From Sphyrna mokarran (taxonomy: Eukaryota): DNA of 64,000 bases. This document shows positions 48,896 through 62,769 of the stretch, piece by piece. Where the stretch lies: NCBI GenBank assembly GCA_024679065.1, contig JAGIQG010000016.1, forward strand, positions 36,208,001-36,272,000. The letters are read 5' to 3'. The notes under the pieces were generated by a model that was given only the letters and a program-made list of their open reading frames with translations, made no database searches and was not told the DNA's origin. The translations under genes were made by a program, and so were the position numbers. The first letter of the stretch is position 1. Each line of letters opens with the position of its first letter.

Positions 48896-51800
48896 CGAGC
48901 CTTGTTTGTGATAAAAGAATATTTACTTTGGCTTTAAATAAAGAATATAGATGTCTAACATCTCAAAACTGGATAACGTAGAAATTTCATGGACCTAATT
49001 TTCTGAATTATCATTTAAGTTAACATAAGAGAATGCTGTGAATGGTCATTAAGACCAGTTTGGTCCTTAGATTATTCTATGCTGATAATGAGTTTAAACA
49101 TCACATATATATATGGTGAATGTTTAACATGCTTATTTAACATTGTTTTGTCCACAATTTTAAATAGTGGAGTTAACCTATTTAAGATAACCAACTTAAC
49201 ATTGGTAAAACAAGGAACAGATGAATAAATGTCCCTGACAGTGCTACGAATAGTATTTTGTAGATTGTAGTCTAATGCATAAAGCAAGACTGGAACAATG
49301 AATTCAGATTTGGAATACTAAATTCTTCAGGTAGGAAACAGATTTGGCCCCAGAACCAGATTTTTGGCAATCATTAGCTGACTCTCTCTTAAAAAAGCCA
49401 GACAGGAAGTACCAGCTCAGACCTATCTATCACAATCACATTGACGGTCTTAAGGCAGGCATAACCAATGATGCATGTCTTCAACCCAACCCTGACCAAT
49501 CAATGAAACATTGCATTTGATGTTGGCATAAGCAATCCATCTCTTACAAAAAAAAAATTGTAAATAATTCAGGAACTTTCCTTCAGATGTTTTTCTCTCA
49601 GTCTTAAAGGAATTTTGGTGTGTTTTCAGATCCCAGTGCTCTTATGAATAGTTCAAATAAGTTTTAAAAAATAGTTTAAAGACACGTTTATGCTACTATG
49701 TCACAAAAATATACATGGACCAAGAATGATACATCACAATGTATCAAAATATATCAAAACCAAGCATAAGATGAGCAGAATAAGGATATAAAAGCTTGCA
49801 AAAAGCATAAATCTAGAATGCCTTCCCCAAAAATGCAGCTGTATTTTGAAAATTGGAGAGGAGAGAGAATGGATTTGGTATTTGCAGAACATGCCAAGAA
49901 CAATGAAGGTTCATGCAAATGGCACCTTTTCCCACATTCATATGATTACCGCATGCAAAATATCAAATAAGAGGTGTGTATGGTGTAACTCCTGCTAATT
50001 AAAGGGCTTGGCGAATGTGGTGTTTGTATGCTGTCTGTCAGTTTTTGTTGATCAATGACTTCTGTCACACTTGCACCAAAAGTGTCCCATCTATTATAAA
50101 ACATGCCCCAGTCCTTCCATTGAAATCAGCTAGTTTCTAGAATGCGTTGCCAATTGTTAAAGCCTCTTTTATATCCAGCAACAAGCTGAAGGTGTCCAAT
50201 TGGAAGTGTCTGCTTGTAAACAGACGTAGACTGTTACCTCATTTCATGAGGCAGAAACATTGTGAGAGCTAGCCTAGGCCATGTCTGAAAAAAGCCTTTA
50301 TTCATTCTGTGGTCATTTGTTTACATTATATTTAATTAACTGCAGAAAAGGTGTATTTGCAGTAGATACTCTAAAAATTGAATAAATAATTATTCTAGTA
50401 AAGGCAGAATTCCATCAATAACGCAGCAGATTTCGTGAAAACTACCATATTGCATGCACCTGAATTTTCTGGTTTAAGATTTATTGCCAGGAGGTAATGA
50501 CCCTTTTAGGATCCTCATATAAATTTATAGTATAAAAGGAAGTCATTTGGCTTACTGTGCTTATGCCAGTTCTCTGAAAGAGCAATCTATTTAGCCCTAT
50601 TTCCTAACCTTTCCACACGGACGATAATTTTTAAAGTATTTATCCATTCCTGTGTTACCAGATTGTGCTTCTACCTCTGTTTCTCCTGTTGAATTTCTAT
50701 TCCTAATCATCATCTATGATGAAAAGTTGTCCCAAACTGTTCTTTTATGTATTCCATGATAGTGTCTGTGTTTTTCTGCATTAAATTCAGCCTAGATTTT
50801 TTGCTATGATGGGCAAATTTTGAACTCAGAAACTCCAACTTATTTCATTCACTATGACAAACTTCTAATAATCTATTAGTAATAGAAGTTTAATGCAACA
50901 TAAGCACAATAACACATTTTGTCGGGCTGCAATTTGATATATTTTGAAATCTTAATCGATATGGAATATTCGAACAATGTAGTCACTTGCATTAACATAT
51001 TTGAATGGAAGCAAAGTTATATTTCACAACAGCAGTTAGCTTTGATTTCTATTCGAATGACTCCACAAAATTAATCACTGTTTTTCTTGACAAATGTTGA
51101 AAGTTGTACTTCACTTTGATAATTACCTAATTCAATTTTCACTGTCGTGCTAAATAATTGAATAAGTATCTAGTTGCATTGTAGCTGAGGTCTGAAATCC
51201 ATAAAAAACTGACAATAGTGACTTGGAAAGCTGTTTCTCTCTGGCAAGAAATTTTAATCGACATCTGCTCATCAAGCTGTGAAATGGGCTGGATTTTGCT
51301 TTCGAAATAATGTCGAAAATATTGGCTCTCGGTGTTATTAATGTGTAATTCAGACAGCAGCTTTCACAACTGCTCATGCGCATTAAGCAATTGTTGTCAT
51401 GTTGCTCTGAATCTCCAGATGTTGGACAATCTTGCTGAGAGACTGGGCATTCAAATACAGAAGTTGCTGTATTGCGAGAAAGATGCCCATTAAGCTGACC
51501 AGAAAAGGACTGTCAGGTCTTGCCTATTCCAGTGTCAATCAGATTTTTTTTCTCTAACGACATTTGTAATAATTACTGCCATGCAATTCTCTGGCATTGA
51601 AAATTAGTCCCAGTCCTTCAGATTTCAATTAAAATTATATATTTTTTGTTTCCTTCTGTCCCTTTCATCATTCTCTCTCTTTTAATCCCATATGCCTTTC
51701 CTCTTCTAATTTCCATTCCTGCACCTGATTTGAGGAGGTGTTGCTGCAATTATATGGGGCTTAGAGCACCGTGAATAATTTTGGTGCTGGTGTTTCACTT

Positions 51801-52604
51801 CTGGGCAACATGAGTTGTATTTGTTTCTGTGTTCCCAAAGAATTGCCCTTTGGGATTTTCAAGGTGGCATCTCCTGAATTGGCATGGAGGTAGTTTTCCA
51901 GTCCAGTTAAGGGCAGTGAGCAGGCTGTCAAAGCTGGAGATCAAATCAAAGGAGCAGGCTGAAATAAATGGGAAGTAACTGATAGGATGCTTCAACTTGG
52001 AGGTGCCCTCTGACCAGCTTTTTTCAAACTTAAATTGAAAGAAAAGCAGTCGAGTCACTACTGTGGTGAGGGAAGGTATGGTGGGTTTGCTGGGATAGCC
52101 CTCTACATGATGGTCTTTGACTGCACCTGAAACCTTCTAGGCCTGCCTGGAGCACTAACCTCTTTCTCCCTAAACCTGACCTGCCACTTAAAAAATGGCA
52201 CTTAAAAAATGTCCCGCACACCACCCATCTCTGTCTTGTCAGAACAGAGAAATCTGGGTTGGTTCCTTTGACTCTGATTAACAAGGTTCCACATGAGCCT
52301 AGTTGACTACCTACCTCATATATTTCTACTGGTCCTTCACCTGCCACAGTAGAATAGCCAGCACTGCAAGCAGGGTTAGGAAACTGACACTCATGCCTTC
52401 AGGCACTGGTATATTTGGGACCTGTTTGATTCCATTCCTGACTTCAGTGGACCCAAAAATGTAACGTTTGGTCTCTATACCAAAGGAAAGATACACATGC
52501 CTATGAAAGGAGTTGGAACAAAAGAAGAACAGTTGAATGGAATGTGCCTGTCCTGTCTGGAATTTGCAGACAAGCTGTTTCTTCTGACTGGAGGGTAAAG
52601 AGTA

Positions 52605-52945
52605 AGGAGCAGCACAGTGGCAGAATGGTTAGCACTGCTGCCTTACAGCACCAGGGACCTGGGTTCAATTCCAGCCTAGAGGTCGCTGTCAGTGTGAAGT
52701 TTGCACGTTCTCCCTGTGTCTGCCTGGGTTTCTTCCGGGTGTTCTGGTTTCCTCCCGCAGTCCAAAGATGTGCGAGTTAGGTGGATTGGCCAGGAAAAGT
52801 TTCCCCTCAGTGTCAGAGGAATTAACAGGGTAAATACATAGGGTCACAGGGATAGGGCCAAAGTGGGATTGTTGACAGTGCAGACTAGGTGGGCTGAATG
52901 GTCTCCTCCTGCACTATAGGATTTCTATGATTCTATGACTTATGA
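52605..52945 (+). mobile_element. HE1 SINE (full length)
   Basis: gcagcacagtggcagaatggttagcactgctgcc...gggttcaattcc...ctatgattctatga. Confidence 0.93.
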
Positions 52946-53225
52946 TTCAAAGTCTCAGGATAAGCAGTGACCAATCTGGATGCAGAGAAAGTTCTGCATT
53001 CAGAATGATTTGAATCTTTGAAATTTTCTACCACTGAGCATTGTGGATGTTCCATCGTGGCATACAGTTAAGTCTGAGACAGATTTATTAATCACTCAGA
53101 ATCAAATAGCCTAGAATTTAGGCAGGAAAATTGAGTTAAGGTCAAAGGTTAACCATTGTTTTATTGCATGGTGGAGTAAGCCTGAGGAGTTGTCTTGCCT
53201 CCTCCTTCTATTGCTTATCTTCCTG
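52946..53225 (+). mobile_element. CR1 3' fragment
   Basis: agtctcaggataag...gaaattttctaccac..gtggatgttccatc...ggtggagtaagcctgagg. Confidence 0.7.
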
Positions 53226-53701
53226 ACATTAAATTAAGTATTCTGATATGCATTTCCTCATTCAGACTCTGTGATGCTCGTGGACACTTCTTCAGTTCAA
53301 TTGGTTAGGGAGATGCACATAGAACATAATTCCCACATCTCTTATAAAGGATACCATGACATCTTACCTGTCTCATTACATTAAGATTCAGTGCAAAATT
53401 ACATGGGAAGTCTTCGGCCACATGTAAGTATGATGAACAGCTGGTGACATGTGGAACAAATTCCAGTCCAATATATTCTACCTTAAACTAAGAAAATGTT
53501 GCCCCCCCCAATCTGGTTTTCAGTCATGTTTATCATCCCTTGAGACAATCTATATTGCTAATTGATATCAAGGTACATAAAATTCTGATGTGGTTTGACA
53601 AGGTGAATCGATAATGACAAAATCATAAGCCTTCAGGCATTTAGATCCTTGCTGCAAACCAAAGAACTTTCTTTAAGCTAATTATATTATTTTGAAAAAC
53701 A

Positions 53702-53940
53702 TAGGATTGGATTTGTAGGACCACCCCGCCCCCCCCCATCACTCCCCAGCCCATCCCTGCCAATCTGTCACGTGTTTTCCAGCAGTGGAGACAATTCACC
53801 ATTGGCTATTAGCGGGATTTTCTGGTCCTGCTAATGTTTACGTTGCCAGGAGTTATTGCTTTCAGCGGGACCAAAAGATTCCATCAGTGGGAAGGATGAG
53901 AAGATTCCATCAGTGGGAAGGGCCAGAAAATGCTGCCCTT
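53702..53940. mobile_element. MITE related to 44761-44970, with internal 21-bp tandem duplication
   Basis: gcgggattttctggtcctgc / gcgggaccaaaagattcc. The unit aagattccatcagtgggaagg occurs twice. Ends agaaaatgctgccc. Confidence 0.6.
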
Positions 53941-55073
53941 AGATTTTTGACTGTATAATTTATTCCACTGGCCCATTTTTGTGATATGAACTATTCCTGA
54001 TGAAGCTTCAATTCTCGCTTCGTAAATGTTTTCATATGTTGACTCATTTTGTTAAACTTTCTTCACGTTATCTTTAACCTGCCAGAAACCAAGATTAACT
54101 CACTATTTTAATACAATACCAAAGATTTTTCGCAAATAGATTTTTGCCTGTTCATGCCTTTTCCTGTAGGATCTGAATGAGACTTGTTACTTTCAAGACA
54201 GTGATGGCTCAGCAGATCAGAAATTCTGGCACATCTGCACAGCAACCATATCTTTAACAACTTAATGATAAAATAGCATTCTCTTCCACACAAAACATGG
54301 ACAAGTGAGTTAAATCTATCTGGGAATGTTATACTGTCAAACCTGTCAGGTCTCATTGCATCAGGTGTGAGGCACACACATTTTCTGACCCATTTGCACT
54401 TTCACACATACAAAGCCTATGAAAAATTCCTGCTTGAAAGAATTGTTTGGAAGTTATTTTATGTACATTTACAGATCAGTTGTTCCATGTGTTCTGAAAA
54501 AAGTGTACATGTTCTCTGCACTATGACTGATTATTAAGAGTTAAAAAAAGGCCCACTTAAATCTCACTTCTTATCACATTGGGCAGCTGTACCCGGGTGC
54601 AAACACTCCCTGGCAAATGTATAGGGGGCAACACCCCCAACACCCGTCCAACCCCACCCCACTCTGGTGGTTTGCCACACAAGGTTTAATGGTTGATCTA
54701 CAATCAAATGACTCACAACTCTCTGATTCCAGCAGTGGCCGTTGTTGGGACTACATCCAGTCCCCAATGGAGATTGTCATTTGAGCCAGAAACCAAGATA
54801 AATGGTAATTATGCGGATGTCACTCGCCCAAGACTCGCAAGCTGGAGCAGAGAGGGTAGGGATTTGGGATGATCAGGCTGGAGGGAGGGAAAAGGAGGCA
54901 TTAGACCAGGTGAGGAGGAAACGAGAAGGAAAAGGGGAATCGCTAATGGGTTCAGCGAACCCAAAAAGGAGGTACAATCCCATCTTGCCTACTGCTAGCC
55001 AGATCAGTGAAAGCTGTTGCGCTTGGCATTGGCCTCTGCTTGACGATGGGAAAGATTGCAGCGGAGTTAGGAC

Positions 55074-56182
55074 AAGGTCATACAAGAACAAAGAACAGTG
55101 TGCACAGCAACAGGCCTTTCAACCCTCCAAGCCTCCGCTGATCACGTTTACCTACCAAACCGCTTGTATCTCTCTATTTCTTCTTTGTTCATATGCCTAT
55201 CAAGATAAGTCTTAAATGTGGCTGACATAACTGCCTCAAACCCCTCATTTGGCAGTACATTCCAGGACCCCACCACCCTCTCTGTAAATAAACTTAAATA
55301 AACTTGCCTCCCCCCCCCCCAATTATCTTGAACTTGTGCACCCTGGTAATTGTGATTTCTGTCCTGGGAAAAAGCTTCCAACTGTTCACCCTATCTATTA
55401 CCTCTCATAATTTTATAAACTTCTATCAAATGGCCCCTCAGCCTCTGTCTTTCCAGGGAGAACAATTCCAGTTTATTCAAACTTTCCTCATAGCTAATAC
55501 TCTCCATACCAGACAACATCCTGGTCAGCCTTTTCTGCATTCTGTCCAAAGCCTCTACATCCTTCTGGTAATATGGTGACCAGAATTATACACAGTATTT
55601 CAGATGTGGCCTAACCAACATTTTGTACAACTGTAACATAATTTGCCAACTTTTATAGTGGATGTCAGGTCCAATGAAGACAAGCATGCCATATACTTTC
55701 TTCACCGTTTTTTCCACCTGTGCTGCCGCTTTTAAGGATCCGTGGACCCTGTACTCCAAGATCACTGTGTGTGTCTATACGACTGATTGTTTTGCCATTT
55801 ATTTTGTAGCTCCCACATGAATTGGATCTACCAAAATGCATTAGTCTGGATTAAATTCCATCTGCCATTTCTCTGCCAATTTTCCAGTCAATCGAAATCC
55901 AGCTAACAATCTTCATCACCATCTGCAACTTTGTCAATCTTTGTATAATCCGCAAACTTGCTAATCAGACCAGCTACGCTTTCTTCCAAGTCATTTGTAT
56001 GTATATTACAAACTGCAGAGGTCCCAACGCTGATCCCTGCAGAGCACCACTTGTAGCAGACCTCCATTCAGAAAAAACATCTTCCCATCTCTACCCTCTG
56101 TTTTCTATGGCCAAGTCATGACTGAATCCATCTAGTTAGTTCACCCTGATCCCATGAAGTTTAATCTTTTGCATCAGCCTGT
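55074..56182 (-). mobile_element. 5'-truncated CR1 LINE
   Basis: Tail acaagaacaaagaac. Minus-strand FTERVVGSWNVLP, LVRPHLKYCV and SKFAD. Confidence 0.92.
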
Positions 56183-57490
56183 GTGGCCCGTTGACTCATA
56201 CCACCTCCCAGCATAAGTGTTAACTCTAAAATATGTGTATTTGTCCTTGAATCTGACTATGATAGCGCATTTAACAAGCCTAGAAATAAGTGTAAGTGTT
56301 ATCTATGGGATTAATGTGTCCTAAAGTGCTTTAGAAGACTATAAGGAAGGAAGTTAGCACAAAGTCGAAGAAAACTATATCAGAACCGAAAGGTTACTTG
56401 CTTTTCTACTCATCATTCCCCTGGAATTTAACTACAGGTGTTAGTCTATTTATTTTAGATGGCTAATGTCTCACTAAAACGGTGAACCGTGGAATGTTAT
56501 ATGAAGCATCCTGCTGCAAATATCACCAGTAGTGGCCTTCAGCATTTAAAGCTTAGACTAATTAAAGCCTAAAATGGATAGGAATTTAACAATCAACTCA
56601 TCCGCACGGTGATGCAGGATCACAAAATGACTTGATATGATACAGCAACCCTGAGATGTACTGTAAAATTAATGGCTTGGAAAATGTTGAGGTTATGTCA
56701 AAATACCCTGCCAGAGCAAGCGGGTGAGCACTAGTGTTTCTTCATGTCAGAATTGTGCTGTAATTGGACAATAATATATAATTGTGTTGTTTGGGGTTGG
56801 GGGGGGAGTGGTGTTGGTAGGAGATAAGGCGAAGGCAAGGAAAGAGAGGAGATCGCCATATCAATAACTCAAAAGCAAAGCAATTCCTAAAGTGGATATT
56901 GTGGTAAAATCTCCAGCATACCCTTATAAGAACACTTGAAATACATTGCAAAGAAAGAACTTACATTAATTTATACGGTCCCTTTCAGAACTTCAGGTCA
57001 TCCCAAAGAACTTTGCTGACACTGAAATCTTTATTGAGACATTGGGGGCGATCTTACCAAAAACATTCTCGCCTTTGCAGCCTGCTCTATTCTCTCTGTT
57101 ACAACCAGCAGCAATGAGGTGAATACACATTATTCCCATTATCATTTAACTTGGACTAAATTTTGGTTAGTCATTCCTTTCCTTGAGATAACCCAAAAAA
57201 AAATTAATTGCAAAAACCTGCAGTTAGAAATAGCAACATATAAAGAGAAAAACCCAGATTCAAACAGAATGCTTTACAATATCAAAGATTAAAAATAACC
57301 TACTTATATATCCTAGGTTAGCAGTGGTACTGAGCTGGCAATTATTCAATGATTGTTTTACAGTGATTTGCATTCACAAAATATATGAAAGCATCTTGTC
57401 TGTATCTGAAGGAGTCTGTGGTAATAAGCATTGTCTATGCTTTGAATTTTTTTTAAAGAAAGATAACAGCATATAAACTTCAAAAGACGT

Positions 57491-58681
57491 GGGCCAGAAC
57501 TTTATGCCCCTCACTTCACTGGGCAGGTTCCGAGACAGTTTTGGGGGCAGATGGGGTGAAGAAAGAAGGAGGGGTGGTAATATTACTTAGATGGAATGCC
57601 CACCCTGAACCCACAGCAATTTTACGCTGGAGTGGGGAAGACCTCAGACAGTAAGCCTGCCCTTGTCACAATTAAAGCCCTTAAGTTGCCAAGACCCCGA
57701 AATTTCGATCACCCTCTTCGTGACCACCCCCAGGCCTTAGCTACCTTCCTGCCCTGGGACCCCTTTCACTTAGCTAAGTCACAGGATCTCTGGACTTAGG
57801 GCAGACTTATTCCACCCTGGGACTAAGTCCTATGGGCAAGGCTGGGAACGTGGAGTACTTCCCACCGCAGAAGCTGGCTGGAAAACATGTCAAATCTTCC
57901 AGCTTCAACCTCATTAATTATGCTACCTGGTGTTTTGCATCGTATTGTGTGTGTTTGTGTGTGTGTGGCAGTGGGGGGGGGGGGGGGGGGGGGGGGGGGG
58001 GTGCGATGGTAGTGCAGCAGGCCTGATGGCGCATAGTCCACTGTTCTATCCAGGTGCTATGTTGAAAAGATGCCTCAAACCACTGATCCACTATAGATGA
58101 AAGAAAATGAATCTCCCAGGAACATTTTGAGGTTGGAAGGTTGACTCATCCAGTACACCAAATCTGGAAGGTCCATCTGTAGATGTTGTCCCTACCCATT
58201 GCTATGGTCTTATAGGGTTCAGGGTTTCTGGGTGCCCCCAGTCTGAACTCCAGTGGCAGCCTCAGGCAATGTTCAGTTGAGTCCTGACATCTGCATGCCA
58301 TGTTATTCCAGACACATTTTGCACTGGTGTGTTTTCCTACTGGCATCACAGAGAACTGGTCTTGGGTGATCAGGCCATCATCTGTATCACAGAAGTAGGA
58401 TGCACATGATTTTCATGCCCAGCAGACTTCCTGATCCTCCATAGCAAGCACCAACAGAAGATCCCACAGGAAATTTACACTGGCATAAAACTGAATTCCC
58501 TCTGAATTCTTCCCACCATTCAACCTGTCCATGTGGGCATTGGAGGATTGTGCCCACAGTCTCAGGCTGATTGGTGCAGTGCCAATCTGATTGATGGGTA
58601 GCTCTCTAAGATGGGACATGCTACTGTGAGGAGCAGAAGTCCCAACTTATACTTATCAACTGCATATTAAAAATTCAAGCC
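57491..58681. mobile_element. Putative TIR-bounded non-autonomous DNA transposon (~1.2 kb)
   Basis: Termini gggccagaacttt / aaaattcaagcc resemble the other Harbinger-type ends in the window. GC-rich decayed interior. Confidence 0.45.
57946..58001 (+). repeat. (TG)n followed by a 29-nt poly-G tract
   Basis: Direct reading; G run at 57973-58001. Confidence 0.9.
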
Positions 58682-59639
58682 ATAAACTGCAGACGTAAAG
58701 GTTGGCCAAAACTGTGACATACAGCAAAGCACTTAGAATAGACACTTCCAAGAAATAAGCCTGATAAAAAAAAAGACAAAGCCCTGCAATCTGCTCATGC
58801 CAGCTACACATTCAGAGTTTTTGATGGTATAACTTCTGAAGTTTGGACATTGTTTTGTCAATAAAAAAATATAAATCTGTTCTATTCTCCAATATGGCAA
58901 AGGACACTAAGAAAGAAAAGATAAGGTGCAGGAAAGATTTTAAAATCAGTCTTGTCAGCAAGTATTAAAAGAGTTGTTTAATTATATTGAAAAAGAATTA
59001 AATGAATAAAAAAAGGGCAGTGAAAAGCAAGAGGAACAAGATGACAGAGCAAGCAGAATAGCACAAAGGCAAACTAATGCAGGTGCTGGGTACAAGAATG
59101 CTTCCTTGTATTTTTAATTATTATTTTATTTAAGATGCTTATTTAGGATTTATTGTAGGATAAATAGCAGTAGTTGAGTACTGTTGCAGCGATATTCCTA
59201 GATTGGAATCTTATCACTGTCCCTTAACTTATTTCCTATCCCGCAAAATTCTCTGACCTCACTACAGCGGGAGCGTGTTATAAATGGCAGGCAATATCAC
59301 GCCCCTAATCTTTGAATATTCTCATACTGAATTGTATGAGTGGAAAACTTAGGAGAAAAAAAAACAGCTGTGCACAGACACTGGAATTTTCCAGGTTTGA
59401 CAAAAGCTATTTTTTAAAATAGTCTTACTTCACACAATATATTAAGTTTAGCTTTGTATCTGATTCAATTGAGCATTTACATACAATCTATTGTAACTTC
59501 TCACACTGCTTTTTCGCATACAGTGATCACAATACAAAACCACCAAGCCACCCACATCTTGACGAGAAGTCTTCCGACGGCTGGTCTCATTGTCAGATGT
59601 TAAGCATGCTTGTTTCCCTCTCCACAGTAAATATTTACT

Positions 59640-59915
59640 ACACTTATGTTTAAGTGGTGCACTGCAGTTAAATGGCACACGTGCTATTGATTTTCACGTG
59701 CAAAATAATTTTAACGGCTCAGTCCTGGAGTCCTGGATTGTGTCAATTCATATTGAAAAGAACCGGGGTCGTTCACTCGGTGCCAGTCAGCATTATGCAC
59801 CAAGCGGCATCAACAGCGGATTCATTAGAGTGTAAAGTATGGTATAAACTTGGCTGTTACAGTTGTAATAGATTCATTCCTGTAACATAAATCATTTCAT
59901 GCTTTAAAGCAAAGA
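59640..59915. promoter_or_regulatory. Candidate conserved enhancer
   Basis: Repeat-free and CpG-retaining. Inverted CACTTA/TAAGTG pair (59641-59656), two CACGTG E-boxes (59678, 59695) and several TAAT/ATTA cores. Confidence 0.35.
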
Positions 59916-62486
59916 AAGAAATTGGAAGGGAGTAATTAATTTTTGGGGCCTACTACATAATTGAGAACATGCTGTCAAATTTGTACGAGTTAATTTAATT
60001 TCTCCTTGACTCTCTGAGACAGGAGTTCTATTGACACATTTTAAAAAGAACTTGCCACCACACCTAGCTGGAGAATCAGCTTATGTACGTTTTCATTCTT
60101 TAAAATTATTAACATGCAGCCAATCATAATCAGTTATGTCCTGGCAAGTGGACTAGAATTACTCTGAAAATCTAGAGGCAATGATTTTTTTTAAATCACT
60201 AGTCTATTTCGAAATGAGAGATTAATTCTGCAAGGTATCAGTGCAATTTCATTTTAAAAAATTTGATTTGATTGCAGCACTGTCATTTTTATATTCAAAT
60301 AAAAAGATGATAGCTGTTTTGGTCTTACTGCCATCTTTTCTGGTGACATTTATTACAAATGCCATGACGTTTATGGGATGGCTGAGCTATACATTAATGC
60401 TGCGTGGGCTTAATTTGTGATGCATTAAATTTAGCTCATTTAGATCTGTTCAGAAACTCAAACTTGGTAAGCATTTTTGCCCATTAAAAAATACATGTTG
60501 TAGAAATACCGCTTTTTCTTTTTTTGTTTGAATTCCTTACTCATTTTTTTGAGAGCCAGGAGTGCTCCCATAACTCCACAGCATCCGGTAATCCAATACA
60601 GGTATGATGGCTGCTGGCAGCTTTCCCAATTTCAGGATGACCTGGGCCTCTTGATTGGGCAGGCTACTCCTTATGTGGCCTGCATTTTAGGCCCCAAAAC
60701 AAGTCTAAATCAATTTCAGTCTCATAATGAGAGGAAAAATATAACAAATTTAAATGTCCAATATAATCCCTATTCACCAAGATGCAAGACTAAAATAAAA
60801 CTTGCGAATGCCGCACATTTTCTTTAAATGATCTCATCCTGTCTCAATGATTGATTTCATTCCAGAATTGTTCTGATCCTAATGGAACTATCTCTTCCAA
60901 AGTGTTTCCCCAACATATACAGATTCTTCTTTTCCTCTTTATTTTCTCAAAAGAATTGACGTGCATTTGAAAACCCTTGCCATCCCATAAATTTACAGCA
61001 TCAGCACCATTTCTTAACCATTCTTTCCTTACCAAAGACCATAAGGATAGTGGGTAAGAGTACAAGAGAAAGAGAGGCAGAGGAAAATTAAATAAATCAC
61101 ATGACTGGCCAGGATGGTTAACATCTGTGTTAATTTTGGCCATTGAGATTGTTCGGATTGGTGAAACACATCTGTATGCCTTATAAAGGATGGAGAATAC
61201 TGACTGGACTGTTATGCATTCCAGAATCAGCCAATCTGCCTGAGTTCAATAGTTTGTGATGCTGATGTAGATTATAGAAAGAATAGTATCATTGGGTATC
61301 AGTGGAAATGAAGCCAGTTGCAGGAAGAATAATGAGGAGAACGTAGAATAAAAGGCATTTGTAATTATGTTCTATGATGCTGTGGAAATTAAGTTGTAGT
61401 TCCAGCTATGGCCAAATATTTAATTCACTTTGTTCTATAAGACTGAGGATGCTCATTTGAAATAGAACACCATGAAGTTGCTGGAACTTGTGAAACTATA
61501 GTTAAAAACACTTAAAAACTGCTGATGCTATATGGAAACATTAAGTTACAATAATTGTGGAAATTAAGTTGTGACAAACAACTCTGTCAAGTCATGGAAA
61601 ATTCTTCTGAGCAAACAAAGCCTTCAGTGAGGCCAGCGCTTGACTACTCAGGATAAGCGACTAATCTAAGCTTGCATTAATTTCATACTGTGTTCCCTGC
61701 CTTAGCCACAGGATGAAAATAAGACCTTTTCAGTAACAAAATTCCAAAGAACAAGATATGATGAACTATGACTGTTATATTTTCTGTATGAATCAACAGT
61801 GTCTTTCCTCATTGCTGGCAGGTAATAAAAGCTTAAAATATTTGAGTACTGACCATGCATCGCCTGGTTAATTCTCAGCAATATAAATATAATATTAATG
61901 AGTGTAAGGTGGATCCTTTAGTGGAATATGATTTTTCTCATTTTTTGCTTTTCCTATTCTTTCCAAAACAAAATGATCAATTTTATATTGCCACCTGCAA
62001 CACATGTCTCCAACTAAACTACTTTAATTTGTTGACAAGTTTTCACAAAAAGCTTTTACATTTAGCCATTCAATTCATCATCTTCAAATTTGAATGATCT
62101 CCAAATATTCTTCTCAAGTTCAGTGCATAGCGATAACCATGTTCACTTCCGGATATCACTGATTACAGTGGTGAAGATACCTGGAGTCTGGAGAAAGACA
62201 AACATTACTCATGGTCTTTTTAATGGGGGCAAAAGTAACCAGGAAACCACAGATCAGTGAGTCTCTTGTCTCTTGTGAGTTAATTGAGACCTCTTCCTTA
62301 AGATGCTATCGTAGACCAAACTTCAGCTTCTTTACCAAGAAGGGACCTTGCACTAAGTGTATACTAAAATTCAGTTCAGCTCAAGATCCATCTTGGCCAT
62401 TTTCGAGAATAGTTACACCTGATTGTCTTCATCCTGCATTTTTTTGAATCAAAAAATCAGAAATATGATTACAAATTATATAATTA

Positions 62487-62765
62487 TGGGTGGCACAGTG
62501 GTTAGCACTAAGGCCTCACAGCGCCAGACTGTGAGGAGTTTGCACATTCTCTCTATATCTGCATGGGTTTACTCCAGGTGCTCTGGTTTTCTCTCTCAGT
62601 CCAAAAACGTACGGGTTATGTTGATTGGCCATGGTCGATTAACCCTAGTATCGGGGGACTAGCAAGGTAAATATGTGGGATTATGGGAATAGAACCTGGG
62701 TGTGATTGTGATCGTTGCAGACTCGGGCTAAATGGCCTCATTCTGCACTGTAGGGATTCGATGAT
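62487..62765 (+). mobile_element. HE1 SINE lacking the B-box segment
   Basis: gggtggcacagtggttagcact...cacagcgccag joins directly to actgtgaggagtttgcacattctc. Confidence 0.9.
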
Positions 62766-62769
62766 AAAG

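Noticed and set aside
52605-52680. tRNA gene (A and B boxes)
   Set aside because: It is the tRNA-derived head of HE1, continuing into the V-domain, with no full cloverleaf. The same applies to all copies.
53996-54030. Additional hammerhead (CTGATGAagc...gcttcgtaaa)
   Set aside because: The GAAA box is absent and there is no Penelope-family flank.
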